A stretch of DNA of 64,000 bases from Psilocybe cubensis. Its lineage: Eukaryota. Made by a program: the position numbers and the translations under genes. Under the pieces are notes generated by a model, which was not told the origin of the DNA, searched no databases, and worked only from the letters and a program-made list of their open reading frames with translations. Numbering within the stretch: the stretch's first letter is position 1; the number at the start of each line of letters is the position of its first letter. Location: assembly GCA_017499595.2 (NCBI GenBank), contig CM039005.1:248001-312000 (forward strand). Reading direction: 5' to 3'. Of this stretch, positions 10,643-25,750 are shown in pieces.

Positions 10643-13600
10643 GTTGGCTAGAGAAATGGGGGGTGTTCAACAAGCTTGTTTATTGTCACACGAGCTATCT
10701 ATTTGAATCTCGATCAAACCATGAGGCAGCGGAGTATTAACCGGAACTCTGTGTATTCGGCACACATCCATTTTTGATATATGTATAATAATGTGATCAT
10801 CGGGATTCAAACCGACCTAAAGATTCAAATTCCGGTTTCTTGCCTCTAGAAACTACGTTTTTCCCATATCGTTTTGCACATTCAAGTGTACAAAGTACGC
10901 AGGTATATGAAAAATCATTATGAAAATGCTGCTTGGAAAGGTGTTAAATTTGATGGTCTTCAGCCATCCATCCAGAGTTAACATGGCCAAATAGGACAAG
11001 GTTTTAAGTTTTCCCAAAGTCTGCCTGCGGCACCCTATAAATTGCGGGGAGTATACAATAAAATTCCGTCCTTTGGGTCTAAAATCCGCCAACATCTGTT
11101 TATGCATGGGAGCTGCAATACAGATTGTCAGTACTCAGCAATAAAGAGGCGTTTCTTTCTTTCAGTATCTGATATATCTCAGGCTCAGCATCAACGTCTC
11201 AACTCTAGCTATACCATCTCTGAGCCGTATAAGCTACATAAGTTCTTCAAGACTCAGCACGTTTCAGAAAAGACTAGAACGAAAGATAGATAAATAAGAC
11301 ACACACTCTCAATCTGTCGACAGAAGGTGAATTGCTTCCATGTAGAACCAGTCACGTGGAAGCCGGCCCTAAAGATCTCTCCACTTTTCTCTCTCCCTGC
11401 CTACCTTTGCCAGCGATGTTCTCACTTGTTGTACCTACAGTTGATTTCTACTTCTATTCATGATGTGTCCCTTTCAACATTTTCTCCGGATGCACGAAAA
11501 TTGAAATATGTTGAATTTCGTTGGGTGTTGGATACGAGATCCGCGCGTTGTCGCAACCATCGTTGGGTTTATACAGGCGCCACCACACGCGGGGGCAACA
11601 TCTTGGAGTATTTCATGGGTATATGGTCCATTATCTGTATCAGGTGCGCGTATTATGACAATTATGTTCATCGAATATCAAAATGACGCGTTAATTTTCT
11701 CTTTGACACGCCTCACCATCGACGCGTATACTTCTCTGGATATCCACCTACCTGAATCCACCCCTCATTCTTGTATTTCTTTCTAGACTGCTCACAAATA
11801 TGATTTAGCGGATCAGGAACACCGTCAACCATCAGTACCACATCGACGTTTCACTGTCACGCCTGTCTATATCCTGCAATTGAGCGTGTTCTGTGTTTTG
11901 CACGAGGACTACTAGAGCATTAGGTGGTTAGTGTTGCGTAATCAACTCACCGGTTGTTGACTGACTGCTCCATTGATGAAACAAATTTTCAGCTCAATCC
12001 TTGAACACGCACCTGGAATGCGAATCACATTAACGCCGCGGCATGCTTCAACCTCATGTCAATTGCGAGGCGTATATAACACTACGACGAGTATATCTCC
12101 CCCACTTAAGCTATCTGTCTGGTGGAACCTGTCGTACTGGCTCAAGATTTCTTGCTTCCTTTTCGCTGCAAACTTAGTCGCATCTTCTATCATTCGAAGT
12201 CTCGAGGGCTACTTTCCTCGAGGTCGGCTCCTACTGCGTCGTTCCCATTGTGCTGAGTCCCTTCCTTACACTGTTCGCAGTGCTGATTTTCGTGCTTCGT
12301 ATATACATATTCTGATTAACATCTACGCTAAGTAAAAGCCAATTGCTGTTCTTTCCCGCCTTCGTTGAGCTAATTTCGCCCACAGATCAAATTGTTGTTC
12401 CGCGTTACTGGAACGATTTTACTGCTTTTTCAACAAGGCGTCTACTCCAATATCACGAACAAACATCCAATTGAGAATTTGATTTTCTTCTGGTTCCCAT
12501 TACTGACTGAAGCCCTTGAAAGTTTAATATATTCATCCTTAATCCTAGCCCCGGACACTGTGCCTCGAGGCTTTAATTACCTCGTTTTTCCTTTGCCGAC
12601 TCAGAGGTCGGGCCGGAGGAAACGCTGATGTGGGTTCGACTTTCCAACATCGATTCGAATACGTACGCCCTCTTGTGAGAACCCCCGAGCTTATCCTTTT
12701 GGGGTCATATCAGGCGGTATCGCCCATCATGTTCAGTTTATGACTTCTAGGCCTTTGCCCCGCTGACTCAGAGACTGCCGGTGTGGGCTAAGACTCTTTG
12801 TGGATAATTATTGCGATCCCCGCCCTTTCTCGAGCGCATGCAGCATTCGAATCCATTTCGCAGGATTTTCGGGTTACGCCACCGACGAGGGTGGTCCCTT
12901 GAAAAACAAACCCAGCGCCACCAAGCTCAGTCATCAATGTGAAGGTGTGGCGTACATCATACGGATGTTCCATGCGCAGTTTACTTTCGATTTATGAAGT
13001 TGGGTACTGACGAACTCAATGTTACGTGGATTTCAGGAACTCGTATGTGTGTCCCCCATTTTTCATGGTATTATTGCTCTGATTAATTGAGACGTTGGGA
13101 AACAGCTCTTCAACTTGAAATAAGGTATGGTGACGAAGCGATGTACATGGTATCACGAGGTTGATATCAGGACCTTTTAGGGTATAATTTCTCAGGTGCC
13201 TTCGTCCATCGTGGGAGCCGTTCTATGATCTAGCCGACGCCCTCCACCCTAACCCGTCCCGCTTAGGCACGCTTTACTGATGAGAACTCCCAGAAGACCG
13301 CTATCGGCGTAGCCGCACTTACTCCGACCTTCTAAATCGAAAGGTCGCTGCCGTTTCGGTATGATGTTTCTCCGCTTGGTACGATTTCTTATTGTTCTTT
13401 TTGTTTCGTCTTAATCTTATTTTCTTACCCATGTTTTCGCGTTCGCGCAGTTCAAGGGACATTTCGGAAATGAGATGATGTGAGGTGCCACGGGAAACAA
13501 TACAGTTCTTTGGGGAGCCATGTGTACAGGACCTAACCTACGAACAAATGTATGCAACGGGACAGGACACGACAAAAAAAATATGGCGGCGTGTGGGCGC

Positions 13601-14400
13601 TGAAGTGGGGCGGCGTCGCGAAAAGATAAGTAATAAAAAAAGGCAAGTCTTTATGGTGTGGGGGTATATGCGAGCTGGGGCTGTTGGTCTTGTTTGGTAT
13701 GGATATGAGGGTTCGTGAATGGAATCGTAAAGTGAATAATCAAAAAAAGGTGGGACGTGTCGCGCATGAACTGGATGGAAGAGATGGATGGAAGATGAGT
13801 TTGGTTTTCGACGAGGACGAGGATGGCCTTCAAGACTCATCCTGTATGTGTATGTGGGTGCCCGGTTGGATGGAGGTGTACACAGTACGTCTCGAACGGA
13901 CACAATCCTCGGTATTACGGGGGTATGGTGAGGTCGTGGAGAGTGATGGAGGTTACACGGCGCAGGGGGTGCGACTGACTATAAGAATACAGACCCATAT
14001 CTTGGGCGAAAACAACACGGGATGATGGAGAACAGAAAGAGACGTGGAGTACAAGGGGGGGAGAGTACAGGGGTCGACAACCTCGCGCCAGAGAGCCCTT
14101 GGAAAGAAAGGGAATGAAAGTGGAACAACGGAAGGGCTCTGGCAGCGGAATAAACAAAAGAACGAGGTGCGTGAAGGGGAAAAATACAACATATCCATAA
14201 CATACAAATCGTCCAAAAACAGGAAACATGGTATGAGGAAGAACAGTGGGGGAGAGGAACAAATGCAATCCAGGAGAGAAAAAGGTCAGGGAGAGAAAGA
14301 GACAAGCCGAGAAGCGAAGATTCTGATCAACGCGAAATACAGGACCCCCATGGCAAACGCACAGCATCCGACAGGGATTCGGTATCCCGAACATTAACGA

Positions 14401-16071
14401 TCAGAAGCTGTGGCCAGCCATCATCTCGTCAAAGTTGAGGATCCCGAGATTCCGACTTTCGTCCGGATAGTGCACAGCGTCTAACGAGGGAGAGAAGTCA
14501 TGCCCAAAGTCAAGCCCAGAAACCTGAGGAGGCGCAATCGCAACGCTTTCGGTATACTTTGGCAAGCTCAAATCCAGTTCCACAGGTCGGATCGCGTTGA
14601 TGTCGAAGTCGTCGCCCATGAGGATCACCGGCTCGTTAGACCAGATCGAGTTGTGGTTTCCTTCCCAGGTGAACGCGGCGAACTCTTGCTGCATCTGCAT
14701 CTCCAGTTGGAGGTCGATTTCAGCCTGTGCTTGGGCTTCGAGCGACGCGTCTGGGGTGAGATGAGAGAAGTTCTGCGTGAGATTGCTGGAGTTGGGGGTG
14801 AATGGGCCGGAGAGCGGTGACGAGGGTCCAGAGGAACCCGAGCCAACTGAAGACGACGGGGAGACTATCTGGTGAGCTGGAAGGAGGCCGGGCGCCTCTG
14901 TCGTCGATCCTTGCATGGTGAGTTGTTGGAGAGGTGACCCACTGCTTGATTGTTGCTGATCAGATGTGCCGAACATACTTCTCAGGAACTCTGACGACTG
15001 ATGTGATGATGGGGAGGGATATGCAAAAAGTGAGTCTATATTAGGCTTTCAAATAGTATGTGACGCACCTGGAGGGCAGCTTCAAACTGTGCTGGGATAG
15101 AGTATGATGGGGGAACGAAAGAGTTGTTGGTGTTCGGGATGAAGTCGAATGAAGATGCTGAATCCTCAGGGTGACCCGGGAACGCTGAACGTCGACTAAT
15201 CATCGGTAGCAACGAGGGAGATGTGGGACACGGCGCCATGTTGTACACGTTCGGTATCTGGATAGACTGGAACGCAGGCTGAGAAGGAGCAGACGCTGAA
15301 CGCCCATGGGGACGCGGAACAGGAACGATGAACGACATGCTCGCCGACTCGTCGTAATCCAGCTTCTTCAACTTCTTGCCATTCTTCGGTCGCCCATCCT
15401 TATCCTTGGCTCTCTGCGGACGATACACATAGTTCGGATATCTCTTTTCGTGCTCCAACTTCTTGTTCTTCGCCAGGTTCTCCCACTCCTTCCGCTCCTC
15501 GGGTGACAAGCTCTTCCACTGCTGGCTGATCGTCTTGGAAAGATCTGCCTGCCTCTGCTTCTTCGCCGGCCCTTTTGAAGCGGCCTCCTCGTCCTGCGCG
15601 GCCTGGCGATCCTCGCAGCACTTGCGTCGGAAAAGAATGAAAGCGTTCTCTGGACGCTTGATGTAGTCTTCCTCGCCCTTCTTTGGCCGGCGTTCGGGGC
15701 TGTCACTACTTGATGATTTTCTGCGTTGGAGATCTACTGCCAATGGTGATGATGATGGCGACTCCGTGCTGGTGTATGTTGGGGGTGGTGTAAACGATGA
15801 TGAAGAAGAAGGTAATGTACATTGCGAAGGGAACGAACGAAGGTCGGATGGCTCGAGAGGCGAGTTTGAACGCGAAGAGTAAGGACTGTCTGAGAGGTTA
15901 TTCGTTACAGGGAAGGTGAAGGCGCGTGGCGTTGGTGATACGATGTTGAACGAGGGAGGTTGAGGTGCATCCGCGGTCACGTCTAGTGCTGGGAAAAGGT
16001 GAGTTGTGAATATTTATTGTTCGATTGGACTTACTTCGGGATTGGGTTTCGCGAGTGCGTAGGGCGGGCAT
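14401..16071 (-). CDS. HMG-box transcription factor (MATA/ROX1-like HMG box), 3 exons
   Basis: YIKRPENAFILFRRKCC...QADLSKTISQQWKSLSPEERKEWENLAKNKKLEHEKRYPNYVYRP; introns ~16034-15989 and ~15068-14998 join the ORFs in frame. Confidence 0.9.
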
Positions 16072-19000
16072 GATTGTTCGTCTCAAGGACAATGAGGTCG
16101 TAAGGAGAGTGGGAGACAATGGAAGGGAGTGGTAGTCGGGAGAAAGGGTAATCGCACAAGGAGAGGGGGGAAAGAATAATGGGTGTCGCAAGTCGAAGAG
16201 TCCAATAGTTTTCTTTGTCTCTTGCGATCGGGGAGAACAATTGCGTGAGCAAGCGTGAGCGGGGCACAAAAAGAAAAACAATACGAGCGGAGAGTTATAT
16301 AGTTCTAGACAGGAAACCGATACGAATATAGGTTCCGCCGAAGGCCACGAGCCCCCATTTCGTAACCTTCACCTGGGATTCGCTTTCATTGTGTCCTCCC
16401 AATACGGACACTTCGAGGGACCATGGCCCGATATAGTCTCAAATCTGTTTACTCTGTGTTTACTGCTGAAATGGAGATGCGCTCAGATGCTACTTATTGT
16501 CTTTTTGGCCGAATTCTTGGTTCCCCGGTTTCTTGGTCCGAGTCATCCCCCAATTGTTGCCGCTAAACTCATCTTATCTATCCCCCACGTAAGATCGCCC
16601 CTTCCCAATTCTCTCTCCGCGGAACCAAATTCGCATTTGATTTCACTTTCCTCGCCCTTTTTGCTCTCTTTTTGCGTCTCAATATTTCCCCTCTAACATC
16701 TCCAATATGTGGGTTAAGCTTGGGACGTAAACGGTGCTGCATTGTCCTTTAATCGATTAAACATACGGCCAGGATAATATCGCTAAATAGCGCATTGATA
16801 AAAATATACACGTGTGCCAGTAAAGCCCATAAATACGATGGATCCTTGACCCTTCCTCAAATGGCAAGTGAGACCCGCCCGTTCGTCTCAACAATGCGTC
16901 GTTTACCCACGGTACTGCCACCTCCCGATTGACCCATCTCACGATCCGTTCTGTGGTCATTGACTGTTCCGTGATACATAACCTTCGTAGTTCTCTTCTT
17001 CATAGACCTCTGTAGCAGACAGCATCAACTAAATACGCGAAATTCTTCATGTTCAAAAGTACTGGGCACCTCACCATGGTGCATGGGGTATTCGGGTTTG
17101 CAGTGAACGATATCGCGACTCGTGATAATACAGACGTCATTGCTTTCTCCGTAGGCGGTGGCGGCAACTTGGAGGGCTTGCCACATTTGGACGTGGAATA
17201 CCGGAACGCTCACTTAGAGCCGAACGTTAAATTCTACCCTTTGCCCATCCCATACATACATACGAGAGACCCAGGCTGACAGAGTAACCTTCCAAGGACG
17301 TAATATCCGACAGAAAGTCGAGCTCCATCGTCCAACATTATCCATACGTGTAGCCCATCAACGCAGCAACAATATAACCCATATTATATTCAGTGAAATT
17401 GCACTTTATCTGTGATTAAGCAGAGGGCGCGGGCGTATAGGTGAATTATATTCCGATAGTCCTTCGGACGCTGCATTTAGCATAGTCAAATTTCGAAAAT
17501 AGACACGTACGCTGCACTGAATTTGCTCTTGGTGACCCTCGAGGTCGGCAAGCCTATGACAAGATCGGGACGGAGATCGAGAAGCCCTGAGTTAGGGTTA
17601 GGTTTTAGACCAATGTGGGCTATAAATATGGACAGCGAGCTGCCAAGCTTCGAAGCCGCTGCCAAACATTGCCGGCCGAACAACATCGGCACTAACGCGG
17701 CATACAAGGACTCCGAACACCGTTACCCGTTTGTAAAGCGCTCTTCGACTCGAAACGAGGACATTCAAAGCGTGATGATCGTTGTTACTATTCACAATAC
17801 ACATATAAACGCGTCAAACCTATACTGTATCTGCGTTTCCTGAGACTGGCATTGCACAGTGAATGGTGTTCCTCATAGGACGGCATCATGGAATGGGCTT
17901 GTTCCAACAAAACACCGGGAAGATACAGGTTAGATTAACTATAGCATGAACAAAGAAACATTAATTCACTAGTATACCCGCAGAGTATACTTCCGCTTTC
18001 ACTGTCTAACTTTACACATTCTGCCTTCTCATTTTACTAAACTTCACGTAGGGACGGTCAATGGGAAAAGACTCAATAGGGAAACAATACTGCTTTGTAC
18101 CGTCCTTCCTTTGTTCTACTGTACGGCTTTGAGAGAATAATCCATTACTTTAACTATTCAAACTGAAGATCACTGTGGCAGGTTACTCAGACATACGCAG
18201 CGCGTCTGCTGTCTGGGGTCCCGTCTGGATATGGAAGTGAGTTTATTCGGCACAAGGCGGCGATCATTATTTGGCAAGCATAATATAAATGGAAGTTCTT
18301 GCTAGTTTTTATGGTGCGATCTGCTGGAATTTAGCTCGACACGACATACAGTTCCACGCTCTTGGATAATTTATGGTGCGTGCAACAACGTGCAGCGCTT
18401 CCACCCTCCTATTTGTGGAGTCTATTCTCGGGACATACGCTCGTAAGGAGTCGTAAGCACAGGCGGTCGCATTGTCGTTGAGGAAAAATATATTTATCGT
18501 ATCATTTCATTTCCTGCGGAATTAATATGGCCCACTACGCGAGAAGCTTTGGGGGGACGGTGGCACGGGCACAGACAGCTAGGGCCGCCCACTGTTGGAG
18601 CAAGCGTCGACAACGTGTTGTGCAGGAAGAGGTCCGGTGGCATGCAACTGGACGTTCTCGGGCATGCTCGGGGCGCTGCGCACTCGCTTGTGCCATTTCT
18701 ATTGGGGCGCGCACCATGTGCCCAGTTTAGAAGCGCCGCAAAGCGTGCACGATGATGGAAACGAGGCCTGGCCGTGCACGGTAAACACCGCTCCATTTCG
18801 CTGGGATGCACGCAAGCTGTACACGCGGAACCTAATGTCCTGACACGAAGAATTCCGGGCAGCTGCGAGCTCGGGCCTTGTTCTCGACGATCCCTGCGCC
18901 TGTTTTGCACAATGCGGCCCAGTGAGACACGGAGTGCTGACAGCATACATTCTCTCCACCTGGCATTGAGATCGGTTGGCGTTGTGATCGTGGGTTACTA

Positions 19001-19293
19001 GGACCGTCGAAATAAGCAATCGAGCTTGGAACACTACCATTGTTCAGCACCAAAAATGTATTGTAAACTTTTACTAATGGTATTTCGCATGAGAGAGAGA
19101 CTTTAGATTCCATTTAAGACTTTGTAAGGTTCGATCGTAGTCAATTTTGTCATCTATACATAGAGACAAGCCGTGAGCAAGGGACAACATTTTTTTTCGA
19201 CAGGACAATGGACCATGTATAGCTTCTGAGATAAAACTGTGATTCGTAATTAACTGCATCCAGAGCAGTCACTTCCGCTGATACAGCATATCC

Positions 19294-20012
19294 GAGGAAA
19301 CGTTCGATTTGTACTATTCGATCCAGGCACATATCCGCGTTTGGATAATTCCCACGCCCAAATGGAGGACTTGGTGGCCAGTCTCCGTTATCTCGCCGGG
19401 CCTTCAATAACACAAAATCGTTTAACCAATGTGTAACACACTGTAACCTGTAAGATAGGCATGGACTTACTTGCCAGGTAGTGCCGAAGTCCTATTTAAA
19501 GTAAAGTCCGTACAGGATGATTATGCATACCAATGTAGTAGTACTCTTACTGAGCATTTGGCATCATTTTGTTAGTAATAAAAGCTACATATTAAGAAAA
19601 TCAGTCTTAGAAGAAGAAAATCTGTTTCGTTACCACTCGGCAGTGCTGGGGCGTGATGTCAATCAATATATTGAACTCATTCTTTCTTCAAAATCTGTGT
19701 GATAGTTTGTGGTGTAATTTTCCTAGTATCTAGCTCTTTCATCAAAATTAGAGCAAGTTTGGGAGTTAAAATGGGGTGTATTTCTATATAATAAGACTTT
19801 GTTGAGCGGATACATCATGGACTGCCTTGAAATATTGCGGAGAGCCAATAGAAAATGTACATTTTTGTTGTGTGTACTATTAGTATTATATCGTCGCCGG
19901 TGAAGACCGGAGATAACAAACAGAATCAGCATCTTATCTTCCTCAATTTGGGACGAGATCAATTCACGTGACTGATCCCATCGATCGAATAGTACAAATC
20001 GAACTATGACTC
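19294..20012. mobile_element. MULE-like MITE (719 bp)
   Basis: GAG..CTC termini, TIR core GTTCGATTTGTACTATTCGATC perfect over 22 bp, exact 9-bp TSD AGCATATCC at 19285-19293 and 20013-20021. Confidence 0.85.
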
Positions 20013-21766
20013 AGCATATCCATGCTGAAGTTCCAGTTGATAGATGATAGAACTAGGACCTCTATCGACCTTCTCCAGGCTGCAATGTATCATAGAACGT
20101 CCCGGACCCAATTTGATCGGGACGCTACCAATTATCGGTCGCGGTTGTGTGGAAACCGTATGCGTCTGTAAATAGCACAGGGTCGTGTTCTTGGGAGGGG
20201 GGATGAGTCATAGATGTGCCCTGTGCGATCAGTGGGAACAAACGCTGGGCTTCAATTTTTACTCACGCAGCCACCGCGGAAACTCCGAAGCACATTATCT
20301 TCGTGTCAACTGGCGCGTCTGCGCAGACACATTGATCATGATATATATGAACTAAATTGCATCGGATGGGCGAGCACAAGCATTTCGATTATCTCGCATC
20401 GCACTGTGCGATTCAGGCGAAGGTTGAGAAAATCCAGAACGTTCAGATGGTTCCCAGATGATCGCGGAAGAAACCATGGCGCATTGACGTCTCCCAGTCA
20501 TACAGTCATTGCCTTACTGGGCGAACAATGCGGGAGCTTCTATTGCTCGGCGGGGGGCGAAGAGGTGGAGATATACTATGTAAAATAGGCCTCTGAAACG
20601 TTAGATGTGATATGAACAAGCGGCAAAATCCAAGCTCTAGCGTGATAGGTTTGATATAGCATATTATAAATGGTTTGAAGTTTACCCCTCTCTGCGGGAC
20701 GAAGTGTTGGATAACGAGAAATAACAGGACAATGGATGAGCGGCATGAGAAGCCCACTTTAGTTCATTTAAAGGAAGGATATCGAGTCAGAAAGTCTGTA
20801 CTTCGTAAGATGATTTCTGCCTCTTCCCGTTGTGGATGCTCGTTTGTGCTCACCAAATTGGAGGCCGCGGAGCAATAAACTTCACTTACAGAAGCTTTCT
20901 AAAGACGCGTCTTATTTCGTTTCTCTATGTGTAGAGCTGCTCTTGGGGCTGGACATTCAGATAACTGACTCAGTACAATATCCGGCACGAGTATAGCACC
21001 GTGACTCTCAAGATCTTCATATCTCAAACTCAAAATTCATGTGATTAAAATAATAGCGGTGTATTTTCAGGGTATTAAATTAATAGCAACTAGATTCATC
21101 TTTTCTCATAGAGGATGGTCTGGAAGATGTATCTTGCACGTCCTAGACAGGTACGTAATGTCAGCCGTGCTTACTAGCTTTGCGATTTTCTGAGCACTGC
21201 AGTACTGCCTTCAGTATATTCAAAAGTACACGGAAAATATCTGTCATTGTAGCCAGAGAAAGCTGCCGACTTGTTTGGGACTTAATTTCAGCCGTTATCT
21301 ATCACCATGCGATCTATTCTACTACCATTGCCTGGCTCCAACATGTTCCCAAGAATGCCGGAAGCCTCCTGGGATCACATCTCTGGCAATTACTGGACGG
21401 TGAAAAAAAAAGAAGTGTATCTAGAATATTTTCTCCGTAACATTTAGCGTGTATAATGCCGTCCTTTTTAGCTATCATTGTCGACACGGGGAGCCAATCC
21501 CACTTTTCGAACGCCTCGGCACGTATCGAGGGTGACACAATCGCGACATGTCACAACATGACGCTTGTCGTCACGCGTTTGAACTTTGAAAGCAGAGTGA
21601 AACCTTGATGTTGGTGACTCACAACCCCGCACTGCTCCTTGAGAACTTTAACATCAACCTTCGGTCTCCCAATAGCATTATTCAGGCACCGCGGAGCTAA
21701 TACCGACGTCGTGGAACAGTTCTGCAACACCTGGCTGTTTTCTGAACCCGTCTCTCAGACATTAGA

Positions 21767-22687
21767 ATGGGAGTCTTTAGACGGGTCAGGCGGGTACGTC
21801 AAATAATACCCATCTTCCCACCGAGTTCCACCGTATTAACGTCATTTTAACAGGAAGGAGCAGTACCCAAACGTCCCACGACACCTCAGAAAGTAAAATT
21901 GCACGCAGCCTATGTCGACAAGTCGCCTTTTCCGCGTTTTGCTCACCCGACAGCCGACGAGGCGTTTGAGGTTTATGACCTTCTTTCTGAGGCACACGGT
22001 ACACCCGATCTCGTGCGCCGAGATCCTACAGCTTCCAGTAGTGGGGCAGAAACAGGCGCAGAAGTACCGAATGTGCTCGAGTCACTCATCGGCACCATTC
22101 TGTCGCAGAACACGTCAAGTGGTAACACAAACAAAGCAAAGAAGGGACTGGATAGTGCTTTCGGCCGAAATAACTTTGCTGCCGTTGCTGAAGCACCTAC
22201 AGAGCAAGTTATTGACGCTATTCGACCAGGTGGCCTCGCAAAGGCGAAAGCGGCTTTTATTCAGAAGATGTTGCGCTCTGTAAAAGAGAAACGCGGAGAT
22301 TATTCTCTCCAACACCTTGCCGCAGTAGAAGACGGCGAGAGAATGACCGACCACGAGATCATGTCCGAGTTAATCTCATTCGATGGGGTCGGATTGAAGA
22401 CAGCTTCCTGTGTGATGCTTTTTTGCCTTGGTCGTGACTCGTTTGCTGTGGATACTCATATCTTCCGTTTGAGTAAACTCTTGGGGTGGATGCCATTATA
22501 CGCCGACGTGATTCGAACGCAGGTACATCTGGATCAATGTATCCCGAACGAGCTCAAGTACGGACTACATGTACTCATGATCCAACATGGGAGGACCTGC
22601 AAAGGCTGCAAGAATAGATGGTCAAAAGAGCCCTGTATCCTGAAGTCGTACGTTGACGACATAAAACTGAAGGCGTCCAAGAAGTAG
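21767..22687 (+). CDS. HhH-GPD family DNA glycosylase (endonuclease III-like)
   Basis: LIGTILSQNT, GVGLKTASCVMLFCLGRDSFAVDTHIFRL, C-terminal CKGCK..C; 60-bp intron 21794-21853 links ATG 21767 in frame. Confidence 0.9.
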
Positions 22688-25600
22688 AGGAAGAATCCAC
22701 TAGCTGTAAGTGAGTGGGTCATTTGTCTACAGCACTTTGATTAACTTCCGATGAAAAGACTCAATTCTTTCGCTGTCGTCATTCAAATTTGCCATTTACT
22801 AGAGGTCTCGTGGACATACAATTCATACAAGTCTTAATTACCTTAGCGCTGGTTATGTGTGCTCGGAATGCTGCATCCCGATATTAGCTAGACTCGGGTG
22901 CCTTGGGAATCTTACCTCTATGTTATTCACCCCACATCTAATAATAAACTTTCTCGCTATTTTGCCGAGTGTTGTAGAACGTACCTCATCAAGTCATTGC
23001 GGAGTTTATTCACTATCCTTTTCCCAAGCTGGTTAGTGCCTCAAGGACGATGGGAAGACATCGCAATGTCTGATACGCCACTGGCCCATCTGTATTCCGT
23101 GCATGAAGCTCTTTTGACAGTAGATTTCGAATGAATTCCTTTCAGCCCATATGTGTTAATCCATCCTCTGAGTGCTGTGCTGTACGTACACGCTCTCTTC
23201 AGCTCGCCGATGCATTGCGTTTATATCATATTCACCATGCCGGGGAAAGGCCACATTCTAGTGGTCTGTAACCCTCGTTTCAGCATTTGGAAAGAACTAT
23301 TCCACCTCAAAAAACCGTAGGGAGTCCCTAGAGCAAAGTGCATTAACGCTGTCACTCCGTGTCGAAACCAAACCTGCCATCGATTTGCTTCCGTTGTATG
23401 ACATGGGACCTTAGGTAACCAAGCCTCTATTTCTTATTGTTTTCTGAGATGATTTGGGGGGTTTACCGATCATAGGTGTGGGTATGTTATCTGCCATGTT
23501 ATCTGCCCGGCATAATCCGAGCTTACTCTTTTCACACTTTTCACCATAAAACTATGGATGAACTGCAATGAAAAAAATGCATTCAAGTATGTAAAGAAGG
23601 TGTATACACATATGTGCCTTTAAAATTTGAGTATGTGCTGTCGAATCAGTAGAATACGTATGGATGTTATCTGCCACCCCCAATGTTATCTGCCAGCCGA
23701 GGTGCCGCAACACAGCCACATTTGCGCATTTCCGTATTCAATTCACGCTCGACGGGCATCCTGGTTTGATTTTTTGAGGCTCTTTGAGAGATATTCTAGA
23801 TCACATATAAAGTAAATAATGCCCAGATAAAAAATATCAGACAAATTTAGAGTACAGACAAAGTAAAAGGTACATGTTTACATGGACCATTTCTCGGACG
23901 CGCGTCAGCGCGAAATCTTTGAAAATTTGCCTCTCGTTTCACACGGTATTTTACAAAATTTATGTTTGTAACAAATCCATACATATTCTCGAGTAATTTC
24001 AAGTAATTTCTCTTCAAAATGTTGACAAAAATAAAGCATCGTGAGTCTCTCTCTTTTTCTCTCCATTTTTTGGTCATTTCCTGTTTGGGACACCCACTCC
24101 TATGAACGGAAAACCATTTGGGGACGCCTTCTAGTGGACCCACAACATCTCGTCGTCATGGCCTACAGCTATGTTCTCTCAATTGTTTCCACCGCTGACT
24201 TCTAAAGCCGACGCTGGTCAAGAAGCCATTGCTGTAGCAGTTACCAGTCAAAACTACTATGTCCAGTGCATAAATTCTCAAGGACATTTCTGGATGTATT
24301 GATGATGGCTGATATAGGGTCTAAAATGACCTGTATACTGTACACTGTGCACAAAAATTCTGGGAGCCAATCCCCGAGCCAGCATCCCCAAATTAAACGC
24401 TCTATCTTTAATTTCACCTATGAAAAGGTGCTCATCGGATCTTGGGGCCGGGTCCAAGGACGCTCAATGACGCCTTGAGCGGCGACGAGGAACGCTGTCA
24501 GCGCTCTGGGACATTCTCATCTGAGAATTAACGAGAATAATTCAATCATAATACATCATGCTCCGGAGTGAGATATAGCCTTCAATCCGCTAGACCCCGG
24601 AGTTTGTGCACCGAAGCGAAGGCGGCAAGCATTCGCGTTCCGGCGACCTCGGACATCCCGCCGACCGTGTACAAGTTGGCCGCCATCGGTTGAGCTCAAC
24701 ACGAAGTATCTAAATCCGCATTTATTCGTTCCTTTGTGTCTCCCTCAGCTTTCAGTCTGCTCATGTCATGAGGTATGGAAAATTCCGTGTCATTAATGAA
24801 ATAGCCCATAACCCACTGAGATATGTTGCCCAGATAAAGACGTTGGTGGACCAACGGAACAGCTACGGCTGCCTCACGCTAATTATATTCTCGAAAATAG
24901 ATGACTTTTGCGTACAGAGATCAGAAGCAAATTCGTTGCTTAAAGCACTGTCTTTCTTAAACATACCTATTGGGCGTCTCTTTCCATTGCCTTTTGACTT
25001 TGGGTCGGTAACATGATATTAGGCATTTAAGAATGGCAAACCTCTGGAGCTTCCGGATCTAAGCAGTCCTATCGCCCGAGGCGTTAGTCGCATTTACAGT
25101 TGAAAATATGATGGTCCGCCTTGTCTGATCGTATGAAAGACGTCTTTGGACTTGACATTTTTGTGGCACAGAATAGAATGTCGAATGAGCGCATCCTTTG
25201 AGGCTCCCCTTTCAAATGTGATGATACCCCATAATGTAGGGACTGAGACTGGTACCAAATCTCTGGGTCCATTGATTTGTGCCCTTAAGGAAGTTTGAAA
25301 ACGAAGCAACGGTAGTTTCGTGCCGATGTTTTGAGTTCTAAACCATTACACCTGAACTATTGAGATAAGATTGAGTTGAATGATGGCATCAACCTGATTG
25401 CTTCTGGGTTTGCAGTATGTTGTAAAACTGGTTGGGTATTATCCAGTTCACTTTCAATGTCTATTCACTCTAGTCAAATATCACTCAGTAAATTATGACT
25501 AACACACTGTGTGGTTTTGTGAATTCTACTGCCATGGTATCAGCTCTGAAAAGGATTTGAATGACGAACCAATGATATTTGGCATTAGGGCAGGCTCAAA

Positions 25601-25750
25601 ATTGTCACGATTATGCCACGACTGTTGCGAAAGCATTACGACCGAGCTCAGTCAACAAAAGCCGTGCCAGCTCTCTCTTATCGTCCATCTCCAAGAAGCC
25701 ACAAACGGTTTTAACAATTGAAAACCTTTCCGTAACCTAGAGGTTGTAGG

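Noticed and set aside
11327-12628. Short overlapping ORFs between the methyltransferase and HMG genes
   Set aside because: No motif or consistent splice model that I can support
12600-12650. tRNA (GGTTCGACT)
   Set aside because: No T-stem complement or cloverleaf
13275-13350. Hammerhead ribozyme or snoRNA (CTGATGAG...CGAAA)
   Set aside because: Required stems do not pair; only a short GACCTT/AAGGTC hairpin
23318-24100. Possible degenerate MITE with ATGTTATCTGCC repeats (23485-23510, 23664-23695)
   Set aside because: TE-like composition, but I could not define a convincing TIR or TSD
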